The position numbers were made by a program, and so were the translations under genes. Below are positions 26,401 through 38,400 of a DNA stretch of 64,000 bases, piece after piece; within the stretch, counting starts at the first letter, position 1; each line of letters begins with the position of its first letter. A model generated the notes under the pieces. The model had not been told where the DNA came from. It saw only the letters and a program-made list of their open reading frames with translations, and ran no database searches. Source of the DNA: Mobula hypostoma (taxonomy: Eukaryota); the NCBI RefSeq assembly GCF_963921235.1, contig NC_086118.1:14696001-14760000 (forward strand), read 5' to 3'.

Positions 26401-29400
26401 ATTGGTGTGTAGGAGAGAGCCCAACTGGGCAGAAATAGGTGAAGACATAAGAACAGAAGAAATAGGCACAGAGTAGGCTATCTGTCCAGGTGAGCCTGCT
26501 CCACCATTGGGCAGATCATGGTTGATCTGCTCATGGACACAGCTCCACCTACCTGCTTTTTCCCATAGCTCTTAATTCCCCTGGTTTAACGGTGTATTAA
26601 GTGTATATAATGTGGTAACCTTTACTATTTCCATTGGCAGAGAATTCCACAGATTCACTACTCATCTCCTGTCCCAAATCGTGAGGCTATGTCCCACAGT
26701 TCTAATCTCACCTATCCCTTTCCTGTCTCTATCCCATCTACGCTTTCCATAATCTTAAGCATTTTTTTAAGATCCATACCTCATTCTTCTGGACTCCAGT
26801 AACTCAATCTCCCCTCGTGACTAGCCCCCTCATCTCCGGAATCAACCCAGTCAGGCAAGGAAACCATTTCCCTGAAAGTCCATGTTTCATTCATTGGGAT
26901 GGTTTGGGAGTGGGGGTGGAACACTAGCAAACTCAAGAGTGTGGGCCCCTTCCAACCCCTAACCACTCTTCCCATGGGACCAAGCTGAAGAGGCCAGGAG
27001 TTCGGGACAAAAATTATAGTCAGACACAGCCCAAAACAAGAGCATCTGGTTGTTTTAGTTGCTGTTTGTGGGAGCTTGCTGTGTACGGTCAGTTCCTGGG
27101 GTTCCTGCATTAGGTTGGCTGAACGATTAGGTTTGGAGTGTTGCTCTGTACATACCAGTGTTTCCCTGTCCACCCTCCCTCATGCGCCCTTTGGCATGGC
27201 AACCATTCTCCCCTCCCCTTGCCTCCCTCACCCCTTCTGTGCCCAGACTGGTGCTGACCGAGCTGTATCCCCGTGCCAAGATTGGCGCTGACCGAGCTGT
27301 GTCCCTGTGCCCAGACTGGCGCTGACTGAGCTGTATCACCGTGCCCAGACTGGCGCTGACCGAGCTGTATCCCCATGCCCAGACTGGTGCTGACCGAGCT
27401 GGATCCCCGTGCCCAGACTGGCGCTGACCGAGCTGTATCCCTGTGCCCAGGCTGGTGCTGACCGAGCTGTATCCCTGTGCCCAGACTGGTACTGACCGAG
27501 CTGTGCCCAGACTGGTGCTGACCGAGCTGTATCCCTGTGCCCAGACTGGCGCTGACTGAGCTGTATCCCTGTGCCCAAGCTGGTGCTGACCGAGCTGTAT
27601 CCCTGTGCCCAGACTGGCGCTGACCAAGCTGTATCCCTGTGCCCAGACTGGTGCTGACCGAGCCCCTCCCGTGCCCAGACTGGTGCTGACCAAGCTGTAT
27701 CCCTGTGCCCAGGACATGCAGAGCCAGCTGGAGGAGGACGCCCGGCAGCACGAGGAGCTGAAAGAGCAGCACGCGGTGACGGAGCGACGCTCTGGCGCAC
27801 TCTCGGCGGAGCTGGAGGAGACCCGCAGCGCCCTGGACCTGAGCGAGCGCAGCCGCAGGCTCCTGGAGCAGGAGCTGATGGAAATAACAGAAAAACACAA
27901 TGAAATCAACATGCAGGTGAGGCGGGCTGGCACTGGGGAACGGGCAGCATCTCACAACCTCCCTTGCTTGGAAACAGGCCCTTTGGGTGTGTGAAATCCT
28001 GAGGGCAGCGAGAGGGTGGGTGCACACATTCTCCCCAGGGCCGGGCGAGTCCAGACCAGAGAGTGTAGGTTTGAAGTGAGAGGGAGGAGCTGCAGAGAAG
28101 TGTGAGGGCATTCTTTTTCCACAGGGTAGATGTTGGAATCTGGATCTTCCATTGACTGAAGAGGTGATGGAGGCTGGTGCTCTCCCAAACATCTAGGAAA
28201 CATCTGGGTGGCCAAGGTATTGAGAGTTGCAGACCTAACGTGGGTAAATGGGATCAGAGCATGGAGATACCGTCATACCACATGGAGATACCATCATACC
28301 ATGGAAATAACGTCATACCATGAAGATACCATCATACCATGGAGATACCATCATATCACATGGAGATACCATCATTACATGGAGATACCGTCATATCATG
28401 GAGATACCATCATACCATGGAGATAACGTCATACCACATGGAGATATCCTCATACCATGGAGATACCATCATGCCACATGGAGATACCATCATACCGTGG
28501 AGATACCATCATACCACGTGGAGATACCATCATACCATGGAGATACCAACATACCACATGGAGATACCGTCATACCACATGGAGATACCATCATACCACG
28601 TGGAGATACCATCATACCATGGAGATACCATCATACCATGTGGAGATACCATCATACCATGGAGATACCATCATACTACATGGAGATGCCATCATACCAT
28701 GGAAATACCAACATACCACATGGAGATACCGTCACACCATGGAGATACCGTTATACCATGGAGATAACATCATACCACATGGAGATACCATCATACTACA
28801 TGGAGATGCCATCATACCATGGAAATACCAACATACCACATGGAGATACCATCATACCATGGAGATACCGTCATACCACATGGAGATACCATCATACCAT
28901 GGAGATACCGTCATGTGATGGAGATACCGTCATACCATGGAGATACCGTCATATCACATGGAGATACTATCATACCATGGAGATACCGTCATACCATGGA
29001 AATACCATCATAGCACATGGAAACAGGCCCTTCGGCCCAAGGTCCCTGCTGACTAGGATTTCCATCTAAGCTAATTGCATTTGCCTCCAGTTAGCCCACT
29101 TCCCTTGAAACCTGTTTTATCCAGGTGTCTATCCAAGGAAGCTTTAAATGTTATTAAAGTAGCTGCTCAACAAGTTTGGCTGGCAACGCATTCCATTTAC
29201 TGACTACATTCTGGATGGAAAAAGTTGCCTCTCAGGTTCCTATTAAACCTGCCCCTCCCTATCCCTTCTAGTTCTTGATTCCTTAATCCTAGGAAAAAAG
29301 ACTGTACACCCCTCATGTTCCAACTTCTGTAAGACACCCCTCTTTCTCCTACACTCCAAGGAATAAGGTCCTGACCTGCTTGGCCTCTATCCATAATGCA

Positions 29401-32400
29401 GTCCCTCAAGTCCAGGTGACATCCTCATAAATCTGCGCTGTATCTTTGTCCAGCTTAATGACATCTTTCTTCTAGCAGGGCAACCAAAACTGAATATAAT
29501 ATTCCATGTGTAACCCCACCACCATCTTGTACAGCTGCAACATAACTTCCAATCTCAGTGTCCTGACTGTCGCAGGCCAGTATACCAAAAGCTGCAAGTG
29601 TGGGGCAGCTGCCCGTGGGGATTGGAATATCCCCTCCAATAATAGCAGACCGTGGGCGGACAATGGAGGGGGTAGTGACTGGGCATTTCCCAGTGGGCTC
29701 AGACTGGCAAAACTGGAAGAGATGAGTAATCAAGACAGGGCTAGAGAACAGGCACCAGAACCTACCTACCCTCCAGACACGGCAGTTCTCTTTCTTCACT
29801 CGCTCTCTGCCCTCCTCCCTAAGTTGCTTGACTCCAAGCTTCCTTAGAATCTTTCCATTCCAGCCCCGACCATTCTCAGCCAGAAAGCCCTATGAAGCCA
29901 AGAACTCCAAAAGGTTTACGGTTCTCAGAATGAAGCGATCTCTCCTTGGACCAGCCTAACTTGGTCCAGAGTATAGGTCCCTCTCATTTCTCAGCTGCAT
30001 AAGGACTACAAGGTCCTTGGTCTCAGTCTGAGAGAACTCCCAAGTCAACACCCCCAATTGTACACAGTCAGCAGCCTGCCAGAGGCCATTCACATTACGG
30101 AAATTCATTCTCAAAAAAATCATTACCTAAAAATTTGTGATGTGGAATAAAATTAATTCTCATGGAACTTATTTGGGAAAAAATAAGTAACCAAATGTTA
30201 TTTTGCTTTAAGCAACACACACGAAATACTGGTGAACGCAGCAGGCCAGGCAGCATCTACAGGAAGAGGTACAGTTCGACGTTTCAGGCTGGAACCCTTC
30301 ATCAGGACTCAACCAAGGGTCTCGGCCCGAAACATTGACTGTACCTCTTCCTATTGATGCTGCCTCGCCTGCTGTGTTCTACCAGTATTTTGTGTGTGTT
30401 GCTTGAATTTCCAGCATCTGCAGATGTTCTCGTGTTTCTATTTTGCTTTGTTGATGTACATATAGATGGCACTACTTCACATTATAGAAATTGTATTGCG
30501 GGCCGTTTTCTAGGCATGCAATCCCCCTGTAACACAGGGGTCACCAGTATCTGTACATAACACAACTCTCCACCCTGGGCTGAAGATCGCTCAGTGTGGG
30601 CCGCACCCCTGGGCGATAAGACCATCTGGTAGTACCCCCTCTCTCCAGGGTACCACTGACTAATTTCTCCTCTGTCCTACTCCAGTTCCAAGGAATCGCC
30701 GTCATCAAACGCAAGCTGGAAGTGGAGCTCCAGCAGCTGATGACTGAGCATGAGGAGCTGACCAACGAGTTCAGAGGCTCGGACGAGAAGGCGAAGAAGG
30801 CTGTGTGTGAGGTAGGATCTGCCCCATCTCTCAGAATGGTCTTGTTGATGGGTTGGACGGTTTCTGAAGGGGGCAGGGCATGTTTTCAAAGGAGTGTTGG
30901 GCCTGCTGAGGTGAGGGATTGGATGCAATAATTTGTATTTTGGGACTTCCATCTGGATTAGACATGAAGGGAAAGAGTGTAGTGCTGCCCCAGACCTTGG
31001 CACTTCATTGAACTTACCCTAATTTATCCCTCACTGCAACCAGTGCAAGTTCTGCTAGTTTGCAGATGACACATTTCATGTGCCTGATGCCCTTTAGCAC
31101 AACAGCAGAAGTCACCCAAATTATAGGCCAGTAAGCCTGACTTCAGTGGTGAGTAAGATGTTAGCGTTTATTATTAAGGATGAGGTTCTGGGGTACTTGG
31201 AGGCACGTGATAAAATAGACCAGAGTCAAAGTGCTTTCCTTAAGGGAAAATCACGCTTGACGCAAATCTACTGGAATTATTGGAGGAAATAACAGGCAGG
31301 ACAGACATAGGAGAGTCAGTGGATATTGTTCACTTGGATTTTTAGAAGTCCTTTGACAAAGTACTGCACATGAGACTGCTAAAGACCCATGATAAGACAG
31401 GAAAGATGCTAGCTAGCATGGATAGAAGATTGCCTGACTGGCAAAAAGCAAAGCCTGGGAATGAATGGGGCCTTCACTGATTGGCTGCCGGTGACCAATG
31501 GTGTTCGCCAGGGGTCAGTGTTGGGTCCACTACTTTTCACGTTACATGTTAATGTTCTGTATCAAGGGACCGATGGCTTTCTGGACAAGTTTGTGGACGA
31601 TACAAAGATCGGTGCAGGCACAGGCAGTGGTGAGAAAAACAAGGAGTTTGCCAGAGGACTTGTACAGATTAGGAGAATGGGCAAAGAAGTGGCAGATGGA
31701 TTACACTGATCAAATCACAAACAAGAGAAAATCTGCAGATGCTGGAAATCCGAGCAACACACAAGATGCTGGAGGAACTCAGCAGGCCAGGCAGCATCTA
31801 TGGAAAAGAATACAGTCAACGTTCCGTCGACTGTAGTTTTTCCATAGATGCTGCCTGGCCTGCTGCGTTCCTCCAGCAGCGTGTGTGTGTTACACTGTAG
31901 GGAAATGTTTGGTCATGCACTTTGGTAGAAGGAATAAAGGCATAGACTATTTTCTCAAAGGGTAGTGAATTCAGAAATCAGAGGTGCAGAAGGACATAGT
32001 ACAGGATTCCCTAAAGATTAAAGAATGCCTGAAGAAATTGCTCATCCAGATACTTTTCAAATGTGAGAGTGCCTGCCTCCACCGCCCGTGTCATCGTTCC
32101 TGTCTGTCCTCGGCCTGCTGTTGTCGACCAGTGACTAACCACAGTGATATGGCCTGCAGCTTCCACAGTATACTCTGAAGTTGTGTCAGTGACTCCCACT
32201 AAACTCCAGTCTCTATTGCTGCCAAGAAATTTAACGGAAATGTGGAAGAACAAACAGGTGGAGCAGGATGGGTCGGTCATGCTTGGAAGTGAAAATCAAG
32301 TGGCCAGGTTGGTGGTGGGGGGAACGAATAACTCTACACTCAGTCTCCAGGAGCCATAGATCTTAGAATCACCCTCAGACCAGAACATTTTAACTTGCGT

Positions 32401-35400
32401 CATTCAAGAGCAGCTGCTGTAAGATCTCATGCACCAGATCAAGTGTTTTCTATTAAATCAGTTTTAAATAGCTTGCGTTATAAGCAGTCTACCAGCTGGT
32501 TTTGCATCATTTACAGCTCCATTGACTTGTCTGCAATCTCATGTTTCACTGCAGCAAGTGTGGAGGCTACCAGCAGGGGGCAGCAACGCACCATGTACAA
32601 GCAGTTCAAGCAGCGATTAGATTTGGAAGAATTATTTTACCCTTCTGCTGGGCGATGAGCTTACATTTCAAACCATATCTATCTTATCAATGGAAATTTA
32701 AGTTGTAAAATCTGCTGAATGTTAAAATGTGCAAACGTTGCTGCTTCCAATGCAGCTCTTATGGCTTGTACCCGGTCCTAGGAGAGTTGTGATGGCCAGG
32801 ATTGCCCGTGACTACGCCCGAGTCTTGCGGACCTAGAATCCTTACTCATATAAAGTGGGATTAATTGACAGAAATCCTAATCTCCCTTTTATGGATCTCT
32901 TGGGAGAACATGGAAGGAAAACAGCTGGAATAAAGTGGATAAACTAATCCCTAGATTCATTGTATCATAGTTACATAGCACAGAAACACTTTGATCTAAC
33001 TGGTTTCCATGCCAACCAAGATACCCATCTTATTTGCGCACACTTGACCCATATTCCTCTAAACCTTTCCCCTTCATATACTTATCCAAAAGTTGTTATC
33101 TCTACTTCCTCGTCTGGCAGCTTGTTCCACATGTTCACCAGCCCCTGTGTGAAAAAAGTTACCCCTCAGATCCCCTTTAAACCTTTCCCCATTCACCTTT
33201 GTCTATGCCCTCTTTAGACTTCTCTACCGGTCCCTCATAAATTCATAGACCTCAACAGGTCAACTCTTAGCCTCCTTAACCCTAGGGAAAAGAAATCACA
33301 GCCTGTTCAATCTCCACTTATAATGCAAACTCTCCACTCTGGGAACATCCTTAATGAGAGGGTCATAAGGATGACACCAAAATTCGGGGTGCCGTGGACA
33401 GTGAGGAAGGGTATCATGGCTAACAGATGGATCTATGTCAGCTGGAAAAATGGACTGAAAATGGCAGATGGAATTTAATGCAGACTAGTGCGAGGTTTTG
33501 CACTTTGATAGGACCAACCGGGGAAGGTCTTACATAGTGAACAGTAAGGCACAAAGGTATCTGGGAATACAGCTCCATAATTCGTTGAAAGTGGTGTCTC
33601 AGGTAGATAGGGCCATAAATAAAGCTTTGGCACCTTGGCTTTCATAAATCAATATACTGATTAGAGGAGATAGGATACTATGATGAAGTTATATAAGGTT
33701 GGTGAGACCTAATTTGGAGTATTGTGTGCAGTTTTGGTCACCTACCTACAGTAATAATGTAAGCAAGGTTGAAAGAGCACAGAGAAGATGTTGCCAGATC
33801 TGGAGGACCTGAATTTTAAGAAAAGATTGAATAGGTTAGGACTGTATTCTTTAGACTGTAGAGGGTGGAGAGGAGATTTGATAGAGGCACTCAAAATTAT
33901 GAGGAGTATAGATAGGGTAAAGGCAAGCAGGCTCTTTCTATGAGATTGGGTGGGACTACAACCAGAAGTCATGGGTTAAGGGTAAAAAGTGAAAAGTTTA
34001 AGGAGGACATGAGGAGAAACTTCTTCACTCAGAGGGTCATGAGAGTGTGGAATGAGCTGCCAGCACAAGAGTTGCATGCAAGCTCAATTTCGGTTTTAAG
34101 AGCAGTTCGGGTACGTACATGGATGCTAGTGTACGGAGGGCTTTGGTTCTGGTGCAGGTCAATGGGAGTCAGCAGTTTAACTAGATGGGCCAAAGGGCCT
34201 CTTTCTGTGCTGTGACTATGACTTATACAAAATGGAGAAAAAGGCCCATCAGCCCAAGTCATCCATGCTCACTGAGATCATCTTTGTGATTCATCTCTAG
34301 TTTAATTAGTTCCTTATTGAACATAGCACTTCCAGTACACACTGGAGGTGAAGGAGATGGACACTTTGGATGCGGGTGAGATTAGAAGCTCACCGACTAC
34401 CTTTACATGGCCAGCCTGATTGTGGAATGCAATTAGGACAGGCCTCAGATGTTGCTGTCAGCCAGCTGGGACTGGTCTAGCACAGCTGTACGGTATCCAG
34501 ACATTGGGATTTGCTGGTCTGGAAAAGGGAATCAAATTCCCTTCAGATTTAGGTCCATTGTGTCTTCAGTAAGTCCAGTGGCTGTGACAATGCTATTGCT
34601 GCCGATGTCTATCCAAGTCAAAGGATTTAGAGTTGGTCCAGTGGTTAAATTATGACCAGTAACCAAGGGCTTTGGCTGGAAAATGCCAGATGAATGCCAG
34701 TGAATGTCAGCAGGAGGGTGGGATTTCACACCCATCAGCTTTCTGAGGGAAATTGAGTTCCCACCTTCCCTCCAGCAAGGTGACAGATCCTGTGACCCTT
34801 CTCCACGGAGTCCTGATCAACATTTACCCTGCAACTACTATCACCCAAATGCAGCATCCGTCAGAGGGAAATGGGCAGGCCAGAGGAATTGTCTCAAACT
34901 GAAGTCTGGACTGTCCATTGCCCTCCACAGATGCTGCCTGACCCAGTCTCCTTATATTTTTGCTTGGGAATTGAGTGATGTGACCTTGGTGTGGTTGTAG
35001 GAACAGAACACTGATGTTGGTTTGCAATAGCTTGCCTGTAGGTTTTATGTATTCTGGTGGTTGTGCTATGGGTCATGTTAAATCCCATAAATATATTGGA
35101 GGGCAAGGGTTACTGCGGCCCTGTAATCTGCGGATTCTGTGTCCAGTTTGATGTCTTGTTCTTCAAAAGCCCTTTCCATGCAGAAGTAGGACTCAGCTGG
35201 AAACTACTTCTCCATTCGAGAGATCCGTTCTATACTGTCCTGTCCAGTTGTTCCATTAGAGAGGCCCGTCCTGTACTGTCCTGTCCGGTTGTTCCATTAG
35301 AGAGGCCCGTCCTATACTGTCCTGTCCGGTTGTTCCATTAGAGAGGCCCGTCCTATACTGTCCTGTCCGGTTGTTCCATTAGAGAGGCCCGTCCTATACT

Positions 35401-38400
35401 GTCCTGTCCGGTTGTTCCATTAGAGAGGCCCGTCCTATACTGTCCTGTCCGGTTGTTCCATGCGAGAGGCCCGTCCTATACTGTCCTGTCCGGCTGTTCC
35501 ATTAGAGAGGCCCGTCCTGTACTGTCCTGTCGGGTTGTTCCATTCGAGAGGCCCGTCCTGTACTGTCTTGTCGGGTTGTTCCATTAGAGAGGCCCGTCCT
35601 GTACTGTCCTGTCCGGTTGTTCCATTAGAGAGGCCCGTCCTGTACTGTCCTGTCCGGTTGTTCCATTAGAGAGGCCCGTCCTGTACTGTCCTGTCCGGTT
35701 GTTCCATTAGAGAGGCCCGTCCTGTACTGTCCTGTCCGGTTGTTCCATTAGAGAGGCCCGTCCTGTACTGTCCTGTCCGGTTGTTCCATTAGAGAGGCCC
35801 GTCCTGTACTGTCCTGACCGGTTGTTCCATTAGAGAGGCCCGTCCTGTACTGTCCTGTCCGGTTGTTCCATTAGAGAGGTCCGTCCTGTACTGTCCTGTC
35901 CGGTTGTTCCATTAGAGAGGCCCGTCCTGTACTGTCCTGTCCGGTTGTTCCATTAGAGAGGCCCGTCCTGTACTGTCCTGTCCGGTTGTTCCATTAGAGA
36001 GGCCCGTCCTATACTGTCCTGACCGGTTGTTCCATCAGAGAGGCCCGTCCTATACTGTCCTGACCGGTTGTTCCATCAGAGAGGCCCGTCCTATACTGTC
36101 CTGACCGGTTGTTCCATCAGAGAGGCCCGTCCTATACTGTCCTGTCAGGTTGTTCCATCAGAGAGGCCCGTCCTATACTGTCCTGTCCGGTTGTTCATCA
36201 GAGAGGCCCGTCCTATACTGTCCTGTCCGGTTGTTCCATCAGAGAGGCCTGTCCTATACTGTCCTGTCGGGTTGTCCAGCTTGACCCCTTTGTGAGCTGT
36301 GCACCCCTCCCCCCACATTGCTGCCAGTGTTGTCCAGAATCCAGGAATATGTCCAAGTCCCCTCCCTGCCCATACCTGTCTCTGACCCCACACATTGCTC
36401 CCTCTCTCTCTTGTTGTCATGACAACCTGGCCATTCCAAGCCAACCTTCAATTGCCTCTTCCTTTCCCTTCAGGATCTCTGCTCCACGAGTCTGTCCACC
36501 ATGGTAGAGTTCTTGTGCCTGTTCCTATAATATTAAGTGATGGTTCGTCAGTGTGCCTGTTCCTATACTGGCCCATGGGCTCGGTGTGTGCACTCTCTGA
36601 GCTGGTGGACGTGACACTCTGAGCCGGTGGGCTCGATGCTCTCTGAGCTGGTGGACTTGACGCTCTCTGAGCTGGTGGACGTGACACTCTCTGAGCTGGT
36701 GGACATGACACTGCCTGAGCTGGCGGATGTAACGCTCTCTGAGCTGGTGGACGTGACAGTGTCTGAGCTGGTGGACTTGACGCTCTCTGAGCTGGTGGAC
36801 GTGACACTGTCTGAGCTGGTGGACTTGACGCTCTCTGAGCTGGTGGACGTGACACTGTCTGAGCCAGCGGATGTAACGCTCTCTGAGCCGGTGGGCTCGA
36901 TGCTCTCTGAGCTGGTGGACTTGACGCTCCCTGAGCTGGTGGACGTGACACTGTCTGAGCTGGCGGATGTAACTCTCTCTGAGCTGGTGGACGTGACACT
37001 GTCTGAGCTGGCGGATGTAACGCTCTCTGAGCTGGTGGACTTGACGCTCTCTGAGCTGGTGGACGTGACACTGTCTGAGCTGGCGGATGTAACGCTCTCT
37101 GAGCTGGTGGACTTGACGCTCTCTGAGCTGGTGGACATGACACTGTCTGAGCTGGCGGATGTAACTCTCTCTGAGCTGGTGGACGTGACACTGTCTGAGC
37201 TGGTGGACGTGACACTGTCTGAGCTGGCGGATGTAACGCTCTCTGAGCTGGTGGACTTGATGCTCTCTGAGCTGGTGGACGTGACACTCTCTGAGCCGGT
37301 GGGCTCGATGCTCTCTGAGCTGGTGGACTTGACGCTCTCTGAGCTGGTGGACGTGACACTGTCTGAGCTGGTGGATGTAACGCTCTCTGAGCTGGTGGAC
37401 GTGACACTGTCTGAGCTGGTGGACTTGACGCTCTCTGAGCTGGTGGACTTGACGCTCTCTGAGCTGGTGGACGTGACACTGTCTGAGCTGGCGGATGTAA
37501 TGCTCTCTGAGCTGGTGGACGTGACTCTCTCTGCTTTTTGCTCAGGTGGTCAGGCTGTCTGAGGAGCTGCACCATGAACAGGACCACGCCCTGCATCTGG
37601 AACGGGTGAGGAAGGGCCTGGAGGTGCAGGTCAGGGACCTGAACAGCAAACTGGAGGAAGCTGAACAGCTGGCACTGAAGGGAGGGAAGAAGATCATCCA
37701 GAAACTGGAAGGACGGGTAGGACTGGGGGAAGGGGGTGTGGGGGAACGGGGAGGGGGGCGAGTAGGTGGGGGTGGACCATGGGAGGGAGGAGGGGGTTGT
37801 CTCAAAGGGCATGGAGCCCAACAGATACACAATTCACACCTGATTGTCAGATATTAGAATCTTTGGTAAACAGACAGGGTTGAAGCATTTTGTACAAGGT
37901 TCTTGGATAGGGACCCCTGAGTATTTGGTGTCCAATGCAAGGCTAGCAAAATGCCATTTCTTCACTCCTTCTATTCCCTTACTCTCCCTCTTCACATCCC
38001 ACCCCCACTCCGGGCTCCCTTTACCCAGGTCGAGCAGGCAGGACAAAGTCAGCTGGACCACGCCGTGCTTTCCAGCTCTCAGTGTATAGACCTGGGTGAC
38101 AATCCGGGATGGAGGCAATGGTAAATGTAAATCTGAAGAAGGGTCTCATTCTGTAGCATCAGTTGTCCCCTAGATGCTGCCTGACCTGCTGAGTTCTTCC
38201 AGCATTTTGTGGTGAATGTAAACTGCTATAGCACCCCAGTGAGAAGATGGGTGATGCCAATTGGAATTTAAGTTGCTTTCATAGATCTAGGAGCAGACCT
38301 TGGATTTAGGATATTCATCAATGGTCCATAGAGCCAGGTCTGGCTGCTGGGTAGCTGAAGACCAGAGGTGTTTGGAGTGATTCCCAAGCCCGTCCTCACT

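Noticed and set aside
27110..29069. Long repetitive ORFs (360, 268, 249 aa)
   Set aside because: Translations of the 34-bp and 19/21-bp arrays and of the antisense strand of a myosin exon.
35211..36277. CRISPR-like regular repeats
   Set aside because: Contiguous tandem units with no unique spacers, in a vertebrate intron.
36448..37830. 460-aa (-), 311-aa (+) and 191-aa (-) ORFs
   Set aside because: Products of the 24-bp minisatellite; 8-residue periodicity (not a heptad), out of frame with the myosin exon.
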